Notes: a model not told the origin generated them from the sequence alone. A stretch of 64,000 bases of DNA from an uncultured Desulfosarcina sp. (GCA_963674945.2 CAXXWQ010000004.1:160001-224000); one strand, 5' to 3'; shown: positions 48,742 to 58,855, counted from the first letter of the stretch. Program-made: numbers and translations.

Positions 48742-50138
48742 TAAGTCCAATTATTATTTACCTTTTTTATAAATTCATTTCGAAGATCAGAAATTAATTT
48801 CTTGTTAATATCATTTTCATCAATAAATCCTAAATCATGGAAACAGGATTTGCAGGTAAGAGGCTTAGGAGAAAACCTAAAGATTTCATTTCTAAATGAA
48901 TTGCTCCTTTGTGAATTATATATTTCATAAATAGAATTATTTCTAATATTTCCTAAAATAAACTTTTGATGCATTTCAGAGTCAGATCTCATATTACAAC
49001 ACGGCATAACATTTCCGTTATAATCAACAATAAAATTTATAAAAGGTGCATAACAAGGTTCAATTCTATATTCTCTATTGTTTCCTGTGTTGAGAAGTCC
49101 AGCGCGATTTAGCAATATTTTTTTGAAATCTCTTCCAATGATAATTATCAGTAAACTATTTTTATATAAAATTTCTTTCCATACTTGAAATTCATTTTCC
49201 CTTATTTCAGAAGAACTTATTTTTTCAAGCCCAATTCTTTTGATCGTAGATTTTATTGAATTCCTAATCTTTTCTTTCTGAAATTTTTCTTTGACATTGT
49301 TCGAGTATATCTGAATTTCGATTATATCGAGCCCAGAGACATATAATTTTTCTATGGTATTAAATGCTAAATAGTCGCCATTAGTGTTCAATCGAAGTTG
49401 TGCATATGGTAAAAGTTTACGAACCTGTGATATCCTTTCATATATTCTATCGTTTGAAAGAGGTTCACTGTATCTTGTAAAAGTGTAAATATTACTGTAT
49501 TCGATTTCACTAAGCTCTTGCACAGCTTTTAAATACATTTTTTTGGGCATAAATACATTACTTGATCTTCTGTCGATGGTTAGATTTGGGCAAAACCAAC
49601 ATTTTCTGTTACAGAACGATGATATTTCCATTTCAAATATTTTAACTGACTTTTTGAATGATTTCATTATTTCTTTGGAATTATCATTCTTATTGAAATG
49701 ATTAATATCAATGTATTTTAGTTTTTCTAACTCATCGAAATCGATAAATCCATAATCTTTTTCATAGTAATAATCTTCAATATCATGAAGAAAATCTTCT
49801 AATATGTCAAAAGTCAAACAATAATTTCTCTTAATATCTTCTAAATTCTCTTTTATCCCACCCTTGTATGAAACAGTAATTATAATTAAATCTATATTTA
49901 AATTTACTATATCATCTAATAAATAAACTCTGTACGAATGGAAAAAAGTATTAACTTTATTTTTATCGGCATCAATTATTCCCTTAATATTCAACTTCGC
50001 TAAATTAAAATATTCAATTAATTGATCAGCTACAGATCCTGCACCGTAAAGATATACGTTTTTTGATCGATATCTATTAGATAATGATTTAAGACATTTT
50101 AAAACTGCTATAAAATTTTTGATACGCTTTCTTTTCAA
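48741..50138 (-). CDS. Radical SAM/SPASM protein with N-terminal Rossmann-like module
   Basis: CNRKCWFC (CxxxCxxC), YSEPL, NTNG; SPASM PCYAPF...GNVMPCC...CKSC. Confidence 0.9.
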   Translation of the reverse strand: MKRKRIKNFIAVLKCLKSLSNRYRSKNVYLYGAGSVADQLIEYFNLAKLNIKGIIDADKNKVNTFFHSYRVYLLDDIVNLNIDLIIITVSYKGGIKENLEDIKRNYCLTFDILEDFLHDIEDYYYEKDYGFIDFDELEKLKYIDINHFNKNDNSKEIMKSFKKSVKIFEMEISSFCNRKCWFCPNLTIDRRSSNVFMPKKMYLKAVQELSEIEYSNIYTFTRYSEPLSNDRIYERISQVRKLLPYAQLRLNTNGDYLAFNTIEKLYVSGLDIIEIQIYSNNVKEKFQKEKIRNSIKSTIKRIGLEKISSSEIRENEFQVWKEILYKNSLLIIIIGRDFKKILLNRAGLLNTGNNREYRIEPCYAPFINFIVDYNGNVMPCCNMRSDSEMHQKFILGNIRNNSIYEIYNSQRSNSFRNEIFRFSPKPLTCKSCFHDLGFIDENDINKKLISDLRNEFIKKVNNNWT

Positions 50139-50146
50139 TGTATTTA

Positions 50147-52498
50147 CTATAGTAGAGTTACAATATCAAAATTTAATTTATATTGATCCTTTATATCTTT
50201 TAAATAAGGGACAATAGGGTAAGGATTATGCATAGTTATAACTATTACATCAGGTTTCATATTTGGTATCTGTTTTGAATTATATATCGGCTTTCCAGCT
50301 ATATGTTTACCTTCTTTTGAAATATCTTTATCAAAAAATCCACAAATATCAAATATAGATAAATCAAAATGATAATTCATTGATATAGCAAAAGTTCCTG
50401 CTCCATAAAAATAAAGATCATCGTATTGATATTTTTCAAATAAATTTAAAAAATTTCTTCTAAATTTCCTATTAAATATTATATCATTAATACTTTTTCG
50501 ATTTAAAGAGTGGAAAAAGGGTATTTTAATTAACTTCCTTTTTATAAATCCCTCATACCATGGGTTACCGATATTACTTCTTTTTAAGAAGATATTAAAG
50601 CACGATGGTTTAGCTATAAAAAAATTACTATCAGAATTACTGTCTATTACCTTTACATTACCGATATTTTTTGCCTCATTATAATTTGGTGATCTAGCTA
50701 AACGAGACGTAATTCTTATTATGGTATCTGGATCAGCATATGGCACATCTAAGACTTTAACGGCTTCTTTGAATTCTTTAAAAAAATCTATTATTCCGTT
50801 ATGAATTGATTTGGTTATCGCTATTTTATTATCATCGTTGTCATTATCAAAAATAGGTTTTAATTCTATTTCATCATTAAACTTGACAAAACTTCCATGC
50901 GGAGCAGTAAAAAACAACTCATATAAGTATACATCTCTTATTGGAACTTTCGTACAGTCATAGCTATTAAAAGTAAATAAAAATGAATTTTGATTTAATC
51001 CAGGATATTTTTCCTTCTTATCTTGGGAGATATATGTCCCTAAATAGTATCCATAAATTTCATTAATATTGGTTTTTATACTATTTAGAAATTTTAGGAG
51101 ATAAAATTGACAAGTACCATGACCAAGTGCATCTACAATTGCAATCTTTTCTTCATTGTGGTAGTTTGTTTTTTTTAAATAATTCTCGAGTTGTTTCTTT
51201 TCAATAATTTCACTATTTTTTAAATTACTAAGAATTTTTTCAATCAAAGAACAATTAATTAACTTCTTCTCTTTTTCTGAATATAAATCTTTACTATTAA
51301 GTATATTGTTAAATTCTAATATTTCATTAATACATTTATCAGGATCAACACCTAATGATTCTAATCTTTCATTTAAATCATTTTGATTCAAAGAAATATA
51401 AAAAAGTAAATTCTTCTTGTCAGCAACTACTGTGTTTTCTGAAACAGATGCTTTGAAAAAAAACCATCGTGACGAATAAAAATATTTGTATTTAGGCAAT
51501 TTTATATTATCATTCTTTAAAATATCAAGAAGCTTTTTAATTATGTATCCATCTCTGGAAAACAATAATACAGCGTCAATATTATGATCCCTGAATTTAT
51601 TTAAAAGCCAAAATACATAATTGGATACTAAAAAACCTCCTATTTTAAACCCTAATTCATACCAAAATATTTTTTTATTAGAACCTGCATAAAATTTATT
51701 TATAATTATCGCCTTATAGATAGATGAGTAAATTTCATCATTTGAATTTTTTAAAGGTTTAATGCAAATAGAGATAAAGTCTTTACATTTCTTTGCCTTA
51801 ACCAATGGTCGTTCATAATAGTATGTTACTATACCACACTCTTTGGCCTTTTTAATATCAGACTCTTTGTTGTCTCCTATATGCAATATTTCAGATGACT
51901 TGCATCCTAGTTCATGAAGAATATTCCAGTAAGCTCTCCCGGTGAGTTTGGACTTCCCGGTGTTAGAAGAAACAAAAATCCTTTGAAATGTACCATAACC
52001 GGACTTTTTTAAAATTGCTGATATAATATCAATAGGAAGATACATGTCAGAGTTAAATATTATGGTCCTATTAAGCCTTAAACAGTATTTGTAAATATCC
52101 CATATAGGCTTATTTTTAACACATATATTTAACTCTACTTTCTCCTCAGTTTCTTTTAAAAAACCAATTTCATTATCTGTTAAACTGCACTTATTCTGCA
52201 ATATTCTAAATATCTCATAATAGTCAGGTTCGTCAAAACCCAATTTTTCATTTAATGCTCTTGCCTTAATTTCACTTTCAATCCTAATCTGTGGATAATA
52301 TCCATAAAACTTATTCTCAAATAGTTTGATAAATTTTTTTTCTACAATTTTAAAGACATCTTTAGGCTGACATACATTTCTAACTATTGTAGTATCAAAA
52401 ATATCAAATGATATAATTCTTGTATTTTTAATTAGTTTTTTTAGCTTTTGCAATTTTAAAATAGGTATTTTCTTAATCGATTTCAATTCTTTTAGCAA
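50147..52498 (-). CDS. HAD phosphatase + phosphoribosyltransferase-like protein (probable ribofuranosyltransferase) with C-terminal Rossmann-like module
   Basis: SFDIFDT, SDMYL, HIGDN..SD; FSRDG, IVDALGHGTCQ, FTAPHGS; C-term LYFYGAG. Confidence 0.75.
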   Translation of the reverse strand: MLKELKSIKKIPILKLQKLKKLIKNTRIISFDIFDTTIVRNVCQPKDVFKIVEKKFIKLFENKFYGYYPQIRIESEIKARALNEKLGFDEPDYYEIFRILQNKCSLTDNEIGFLKETEEKVELNICVKNKPIWDIYKYCLRLNRTIIFNSDMYLPIDIISAILKKSGYGTFQRIFVSSNTGKSKLTGRAYWNILHELGCKSSEILHIGDNKESDIKKAKECGIVTYYYERPLVKAKKCKDFISICIKPLKNSNDEIYSSIYKAIIINKFYAGSNKKIFWYELGFKIGGFLVSNYVFWLLNKFRDHNIDAVLLFSRDGYIIKKLLDILKNDNIKLPKYKYFYSSRWFFFKASVSENTVVADKKNLLFYISLNQNDLNERLESLGVDPDKCINEILEFNNILNSKDLYSEKEKKLINCSLIEKILSNLKNSEIIEKKQLENYLKKTNYHNEEKIAIVDALGHGTCQFYLLKFLNSIKTNINEIYGYYLGTYISQDKKEKYPGLNQNSFLFTFNSYDCTKVPIRDVYLYELFFTAPHGSFVKFNDEIELKPIFDNDNDDNKIAITKSIHNGIIDFFKEFKEAVKVLDVPYADPDTIIRITSRLARSPNYNEAKNIGNVKVIDSNSDSNFFIAKPSCFNIFLKRSNIGNPWYEGFIKRKLIKIPFFHSLNRKSINDIIFNRKFRRNFLNLFEKYQYDDLYFYGAGTFAISMNYHFDLSIFDICGFFDKDISKEGKHIAGKPIYNSKQIPNMKPDVIVITMHNPYPIVPYLKDIKDQYKLNFDIVTLL

Positions 52499-53098
52499 TT
52501 ATTCAAAATCTAAATCAATGCTCATATTTGGATTAAATTGTTCAACCCACCTTTTTTTCCACTTATTTATTTCATCAAGCATTTCTTTTTTAAGTTTTAA
52601 TTCACCTTTTCCAGCAATACCAACTATTGTATGAGGCATAATCTTATATCCAACTCCAAAAACATAACTATTTTTAAATCTTTTTAAAATACTTTTAAAT
52701 CCTTCTGGTGTAAATCTCCAATAATCATTGGGATGTGAGTGTATAGGAAAATCCATAACCGATGATATAATCAATTTACCGTTCGGTTTTAAAATTCTAT
52801 GAATTTCATCAGTAGCCTTCCTTACATATTCAACATGTTCAATTGTATCAACACAAATAACAGTACCAGCTGTATGATCAGAAAGTTTTATTGAATGTAA
52901 ATCCAAAACTTTATCAACACCTCTACCTTTACGCAGATCACAACCAAAATATATCTTATCCTTAAACAATGGTCTTAAATCAGCAAATCCTTCTTGTCCT
53001 TTTACCTGATATGATCCGAATTCATAAACCGGTTCTTCAATATCTTGGTACTTTACAAAAATTCTTATAAATTCTCTAATTAGTTCTCTCAATGACAA
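52499..53098 (-). CDS. Class I SAM-dependent methyltransferase
   Basis: EFGS, VICVDTIEHV, LKPNGKL, HSHPNDYWRFT. Confidence 0.85.
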   Translation of the reverse strand: MSLRELIREFIRIFVKYQDIEEPVYEFGSYQVKGQEGFADLRPLFKDKIYFGCDLRKGRGVDKVLDLHSIKLSDHTAGTVICVDTIEHVEYVRKATDEIHRILKPNGKLIISSVMDFPIHSHPNDYWRFTPEGFKSILKRFKNSYVFGVGYKIMPHTIVGIAGKGELKLKKEMLDEINKWKKRWVEQFNPNMSIDLDFE

Positions 53099-53459
53099 TT
53101 TTCCATAATCACTACCCCGCTAAAAAAGGAAGGTTTAATTATTAATATTATTTTTTATATCTGATTTTGTTTAAATTGGTATATCCTTAATTGCTTTAAA
53201 TCATAATCATCCAAAAAAATGCGTTCTTACTGTACAAGAATGTAAGTAAAAATTAACCATTAAAAAGAATCATTATGAAGCAGAAATTACACTATCAGAA
53301 GCCTTTAATTTGTTCAATGAAATCCAAAGACAACGGGAAAATCCTTTTTATTTAATCATACATTTTATAGATTTCATCTATTAAGGTCATAAAACTTTTT
53401 GAGTAGTTATCCACGGGAAAAGATATATGATGATAGTTTGATGTTTCTACAAAACACAA

Positions 53460-54115
53460 TAAAGGATCCACCCTTAGAAAGGGTGGTATTGAGTTAACCC
53501 CTAAAAGGGGGTGAGTTTTCCTTGCCCCCAAAGGGGACAAGGAAAGTTGAGTTGCCCCCTTGTCTTTTCAGAACAGGCTACGTTGTTCCAGTCGCCGTTC
53601 CTGATTCTCTTGGTACTTGATATATTTACGGATCATCTCGGAATCTAAACCGACGGTATCCACACAGTATCCTTCAGTCCAGAAATGGTTGCCCCAATAG
53701 GGGCGGTGTTTCAGTTCTTTGAATTTGTTGGAAACTCGGATCGCTGACCTGCCTTTTACCATGCCGCAGTAATCCGATATCGATACTTTGGGCGGAACCA
53801 TCACCAGCAAATGGACATGGTCTGGCTGAATATTCATTTCCACAATCTCTATTTCCTTTTGCTGGGAAAAGGCTTTTATGTAATTCCCTACTTCATGGCT
53901 AACATGCCCAGTCAAAATGCGGTAACGGTACTTGGGAACCCACACAATATGGTATTGGCAATGCCAAATTGTGTGTGGTAGTTTTCTGAAGCGGCTCATT
54001 GCTATCTCCTTTGGCTGAAGTTGTGGGGACAACTCTCAGCTCCGAGGTAGCAGTGAGCTGTTCAATTGGCAAAGCCTTTGAACTCTGACCATGCCCTAAG
54101 GGCATGGATTTCTGC
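53460..54115 (-). mobile_element. IS200/IS605-family insertion sequence (IS200 type, tnpA only); ends approximate
   Basis: Y1 transposase flanked by subterminal hairpins CCATGCCC-TAA-GGGCATGG (54089-54107) and CCACCCTT-AGA-AAGGGTGG (53468-53486); higher GC than its flanks. Confidence 0.88.
53568..53999 (-). CDS. tnpA: IS200 Y1 (HUH) transposase
   Basis: YHIVWVPKYR, DHVH (HUH), FWTEGY, IRKYIKYQ catalytic Tyr. Confidence 0.95.
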   Translation of the reverse strand: MSRFRKLPHTIWHCQYHIVWVPKYRYRILTGHVSHEVGNYIKAFSQQKEIEIVEMNIQPDHVHLLVMVPPKVSISDYCGMVKGRSAIRVSNKFKELKHRPYWGNHFWTEGYCVDTVGLDSEMIRKYIKYQENQERRLEQRSLF

Positions 54116-54448
54116 TTCGCATTAAATAATTGTTTGCTAAACTCTCGCAATTTTCCGGCCTAAACCAACTCAAAGGATGTTAATATTTTTTAAATTCTAA
54201 ACAAATATTACTTTTTTTATTATCGGTATATGTTGGTGTCTGAGTGCTATTGTCGGTATTAAAAAAGTGCATCAGATCTTTTCACTTTATCATATCGAAA
54301 ATATAGACGATATATATCAAATAGTTCTTTCCGATCTAAATCGTTCTTTTTTGAGGCTTCCTTTGCGTGAATTTATCTGCAGCTGTCTGAGATAATACCT
54401 ACTCAAATTTAGTTTATAAAAACACAAAGAACTGTCGACTTACTAATA

Positions 54449-55636
54449 TTATAAAGAATTCAAATAGAATATATCACCTTTAAACAGTTTTGATATATTA
54501 TCAAAAATTATTCCAGGTTTTTGAACAGTAACCAAAAGAATATCAATTTCGTGTTGATTTATTTCATTTGGATGATATACTTTATAACCACATCTCCACG
54601 TTCCTACTTTATAAGGATCGATATCAAAAATTCCTTTAATATTTAATTTAGAAAAATCTAAATATTTTGTTAATTCTTCTAAAAACAATCCAGCTCCATA
54701 CAAAAATATATTTTTATTTTTATATTTTTTTTCTATCTTTTTTAAATTCTTTTCAATATATAAATAATTTGGTTTATTAATATCAAATACTTTGTCTTCT
54801 ACTAAAAAACTTTTATTGAAACCTTGCTCAATTGAGAACGCAAGATTAACAAGAAAACCCATTCCCATTCTATTTTCAGACATATCTTTTCTCAACATCA
54901 AATTTCTGATATAACAATCATAATACTTATGTTTCTTTTGTTGCTCACCAATCACTGTATTGGCATAATTTAAGTCTTTTGATAATGGTCTATGGTGATA
55001 GTTTGCCAATAATTTAGGAATAACATTTATATCATATTTTTTTACAAATCTAAGATTAAACTCCCAATCTCCTAAAACAGGAAGGCTCTCATTATAACTT
55101 CCAATCTCTTTATAAACATCTCTTAGATAAACAAAACTAATTGGCGGGAACAAATTCATTGAAGCTATTTGAAAAATGCTAATATTATATAAATTGTTAT
55201 TATATGGTTCAATTAATACAGTATTAATATGATCATTTCTAATTATTTCGATAATTCTTTTTGAATGGGTAATAACTCCTTTGCAATTTGAATTTTTAAG
55301 TTCTTTTACACATTCTTCTAAAAATGTTTTATACCATGTATCATCATCATCATGAATTACAATATACTCACTATCGGAGTTATTTATACCAATATTCGAG
55401 GCTGCCTCCATCCCCAAATTAACTTCATTATGGATCACCTTTATGCGTTCTCCGAAGCCTTCCATAAATTCAGCAACAACATTTTCAACGTCGTCTTTAT
55501 CACCACCATCATTCACAATGATTAATATCCAATCTTTCATTGTCTGTTTCGTTACACTTAAAATTGCCCTTCTAAGTAAAAGAGAACGATTTTTAGTCCT
55601 CATAATAATTGCAACGTTACCTTTTATCATAGCCAA
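54449..55636 (-). CDS. GT2 glycosyltransferase with C-terminal Rossmann-like module
   Basis: MRTKNR, VNDGG, HDDDD, LGDWEFNLR; C-term IFLYGAG. Confidence 0.88.
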   Translation of the reverse strand: MAMIKGNVAIIMRTKNRSLLLRRAILSVTKQTMKDWILIIVNDGGDKDDVENVVAEFMEGFGERIKVIHNEVNLGMEAASNIGINNSDSEYIVIHDDDDTWYKTFLEECVKELKNSNCKGVITHSKRIIEIIRNDHINTVLIEPYNNNLYNISIFQIASMNLFPPISFVYLRDVYKEIGSYNESLPVLGDWEFNLRFVKKYDINVIPKLLANYHHRPLSKDLNYANTVIGEQQKKHKYYDCYIRNLMLRKDMSENRMGMGFLVNLAFSIEQGFNKSFLVEDKVFDINKPNYLYIEKNLKKIEKKYKNKNIFLYGAGLFLEELTKYLDFSKLNIKGIFDIDPYKVGTWRCGYKVYHPNEINQHEIDILLVTVQKPGIIFDNISKLFKGDIFYLNSL

Positions 55637-55680
55637 AAAATTTTCTCTCTGTAATATTATTTATGAAGAATTAACGATTT

Positions 55681-57960
55681 TTAGTTTCTTAAAATTTCAT
55701 TCTCAATAATTTCTAAACGCTTTTGATCAAGGCCCATTTTTAATAATTGTGAATAAATTTCGAGTGAATAAGTACTAGCAATATAAATTTTATCATAATT
55801 AAGGTTTTTTAATTTTTTAGGATGAATGACCTTAAGCCCACAGTATCTTGATCCTTGCTTAGCTACGTCGTTATCAGCAAAATAAATGGGCCTTTCAAAA
55901 AATGATAAAATTTTAAAAGCTCTTTTTCCTCCTATGCTTGCACCAAAAATGATAATCTTTTTAAAATTAATGGGTAAGAATTTTTTAATATGGCTAAAAA
56001 ATATTATAAATTGCAAAAAATTGCAGTTAAAGAAAGCCGTAAATTTAATTTTTTTCACAAATATTGCTATGTTATTATAAAAGTGACTTGTTAAAGTCGA
56101 TGTCCCCTGTGGCCACAAATCATCCTTAGCCCCTCCAAATTTCAGCAATATTTTTATAAAATTTCTTATCTTTACAACTTCACATAGAGGCCTAATTACC
56201 TTTGATGATTGCTCTATTTCAACAGGATATTTCCCAAAAACTTCAGCTTCTTCTTTCGTCGGATTTTGAAAGAAATTCATTGCATTCAATACTGTCGAAT
56301 TTGAAATTTTTTTCCACTCACTATAACTTATATTGTGCACCAATTCTTTTGCAAATGACACTATTGACTCTTGAAGCAAAAGAACCCCCCAGTCTAATCC
56401 CAAACAATTTTTTTCAGATAATAATTTAGGCTTTATGCCATCAGATGATTCAGCATATCCAACTACAGAACCATGTGATCCAGAAAAAAAAATTTCAATA
56501 GCGTAAGGACATTTAGAAATCCATGCGTTCTCTTCTGGGCAAACTGTATGAAAAAAAAATGCCGAATCGTTAACTTCATTTCTATCGCCGGCTTGCCTTA
56601 GTAGTGAAAAGTATAATCCATATAGATCCGAAGCATAATCATTTCCCACAATTTCTCTCAATGCAGATAAACAACGGCCAGACCATCCAACATCTACAAC
56701 TCCAATTTGACTACCATCCAAAAATCCATTCTGTGTTAAATACCTTTTTGTAAGCTTCTTCGAATTATTCGCATTCTTCAATATTTTTAGAACAACATCA
56801 TGATCACAAAATAATTCTCGCAAATATTGTCTTCTGCTTTTTAATAAGCTTCTTTTTGAAGGTGCAAAACCATGCTTTGTAATAAAAGGCATTATATCAG
56901 AAACTTTGAGATTAACGCGGGACAATAATACATCTATTGGTATATCTAATGAAGACTCTAATATCCATTCTAATTCCTTTTCCCCTATTTCTTTAATTGA
57001 TGGTAAGATCCAGGCGCGTCTTGAACCATACAGATATTTTAACTCAATATTTTTATTCATCCACGGTAATAGGATGTTAGCAATTTTTATTAGAACTTCT
57101 CCATCACGACTTACAAAATATAATTTCGATAAATTTAGCTCTTCTGCTTTTTCAATACACCACGAAACAAATCCACAAAGAATTGGCCCCGCTACTGAAG
57201 TTCCTGTATCCCTTATTATTCGATCAAAGTCATTTTTTCCACTATTTTTTAACCTAGCCAACCGAGAAGAACCAGCAACTCGCGATAGCAGAAATCTTTT
57301 CTTCGGATCGAAACTTGCCAAACATTCTTCTCTTTTTGTTAATTGAGACTCTTTAAATAGAACGCTTTCCAAACCAGCCAACTTTGCACCCTTTTTATCG
57401 GCATCTATGTTGTCTCCATAATGTATCCAAACTGATCTTTCTACTTGATTTACTTTTTTTTTCACACATTTAAATAATTCACCTGTCTTTTTGTTACAGC
57501 GTAGTTCAGATGATGTGTATATTCTGTCACTTTCTTCAGCAATCCTTTTTTCGATTAAAATTTTTCTTAAAAACCATTTAGGAAGATACGTATCAGAAAT
57601 AAAAATGATTGGTTCTCCTATTTTCCTAATTTTTTTAATTTGATTACACATCTGTGGAACAGATCTTATTGATTTTTCCTCCAAAGATAGCTCCATATCA
57701 ATTAGCATCGGAATGTATTTTTTTTCTAAGTTCAATAGATCAGCTAACTCCGATACAATTTCTTTTAATGTACATTCTAATCCTAAAGCATTTTTTCTTG
57801 CCCTCTTTTCTGCCTGAATTCTTTTGCTGATAAATTGTTCAGCAGGCATGTGTATTATGTCTATTTCAGATAATATTGATCCAAGTTTTAAAAAGAGATC
57901 TTCTGGAGTTGCCCAAACACGTGTAATGCAAGTATCAAATATGTCGAATGAATATACCAC
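55681..57960 (-). CDS. Second HAD + phosphoribosyltransferase-like protein (probable ribofuranosyltransferase) with C-terminal Rossmann-like module
   Basis: SFDIFDT, SDTYL, HYGDN..AD; FVSRDG, VVDVGWSG, HGSVVGY; C-term IIIFGAS. Confidence 0.8.
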   Translation of the reverse strand: MVYSFDIFDTCITRVWATPEDLFLKLGSILSEIDIIHMPAEQFISKRIQAEKRARKNALGLECTLKEIVSELADLLNLEKKYIPMLIDMELSLEEKSIRSVPQMCNQIKKIRKIGEPIIFISDTYLPKWFLRKILIEKRIAEESDRIYTSSELRCNKKTGELFKCVKKKVNQVERSVWIHYGDNIDADKKGAKLAGLESVLFKESQLTKREECLASFDPKKRFLLSRVAGSSRLARLKNSGKNDFDRIIRDTGTSVAGPILCGFVSWCIEKAEELNLSKLYFVSRDGEVLIKIANILLPWMNKNIELKYLYGSRRAWILPSIKEIGEKELEWILESSLDIPIDVLLSRVNLKVSDIMPFITKHGFAPSKRSLLKSRRQYLRELFCDHDVVLKILKNANNSKKLTKRYLTQNGFLDGSQIGVVDVGWSGRCLSALREIVGNDYASDLYGLYFSLLRQAGDRNEVNDSAFFFHTVCPEENAWISKCPYAIEIFFSGSHGSVVGYAESSDGIKPKLLSEKNCLGLDWGVLLLQESIVSFAKELVHNISYSEWKKISNSTVLNAMNFFQNPTKEEAEVFGKYPVEIEQSSKVIRPLCEVVKIRNFIKILLKFGGAKDDLWPQGTSTLTSHFYNNIAIFVKKIKFTAFFNCNFLQFIIFFSHIKKFLPINFKKIIIFGASIGGKRAFKILSFFERPIYFADNDVAKQGSRYCGLKVIHPKKLKNLNYDKIYIASTYSLEIYSQLLKMGLDQKRLEIIENEILRN

Positions 57961-57979
57961 TGAATATTTATAGTTCTCT

Positions 57980-58852
57980 TTATATAAATTTTAAAGGTCT
58001 AAATGCGAACATCCACTTTTCAATACGGTATAATATCTTTTCAGGCTCCTTCAGATGATACTTTTTCACGCGAATATCAAATAGACCAAGCGTCACACCT
58101 ACACAGACAAAATATGGTGCAAACCAACCATAAATTTTAAATCCTCGTTGAATATTCCGTATCAATACACGAAATAAAAGAAACACAAACTTAGAACGCT
58201 TAAAGTATTTTCGCATAATAATTGTTTCGTTACGTGCTGTAAATAATAATAGCTTTTCAGGTTGTTGATGCAAAATAGGTGCACGATGCCGGACCCTAAT
58301 GCTTCTTTCACGATCAATTTCAAATCCAGCATTAATCACACGTATCGACAGATCCCATTCATCAGCGTAGATAAAAAAATTCGGATCATGACCTCCTACT
58401 TCAAAAAATGCAGTTTTTCTGAAGGCGACACCACAGCCGATATAACCCACGGAAGTCCCTCGTCGATAAGCCGGCACATCATTGCATGGGAAAGGTCCCC
58501 CTTCTACAGCAAGTGGAATTATTCCAAGATTCTGGTCTGTGTTAAAACGTTCCGAAAGAATAGTTAGATCATCAGATTCTATGTGCGAATCATCATCTAA
58601 TTTTATTATTACCTCGGCCTCCGTTTGAATTGCTCCAAAATCCCAAGCGCATGACCCAATATTATGAGGTAATTTTATTAGTTTTACTGAGTCCTTTTGC
58701 ACGTGTGACTCAAGCAATTCAATCTTTTCAGAATCTGAACCATTATCAACAACAATAAACTCATGTTTTTTATGCAATGATGCCATCTTCCGCAGCGATT
58801 CTATCACCTCTTCGGGTCTATTATAATGTAATATAATTATGGCTATATTCAT
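57980..58852 (-). CDS. GT2 glycosyltransferase
   Basis: LHYNR, VDNGS, LDDD, FFIYADEWDLSIR. Confidence 0.88.
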   Translation of the reverse strand: MNIAIIILHYNRPEEVIESLRKMASLHKKHEFIVVDNGSDSEKIELLESHVQKDSVKLIKLPHNIGSCAWDFGAIQTEAEVIIKLDDDSHIESDDLTILSERFNTDQNLGIIPLAVEGGPFPCNDVPAYRRGTSVGYIGCGVAFRKTAFFEVGGHDPNFFIYADEWDLSIRVINAGFEIDRERSIRVRHRAPILHQQPEKLLLFTARNETIIMRKYFKRSKFVFLLFRVLIRNIQRGFKIYGWFAPYFVCVGVTLGLFDIRVKKYHLKEPEKILYRIEKWMFAFRPLKFI

Positions 58853-58855
58853 TTC

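Noticed and set aside
53460..53560. Clustered hairpins as a CRISPR or REP array
   Set aside because: No identical repeats with spacers; explained as IS200 end structures
51160..57465. A8-A9/T8-T9 runs in island genes as phase-variation tracts
   Set aside because: Expected by chance in such AT-rich DNA
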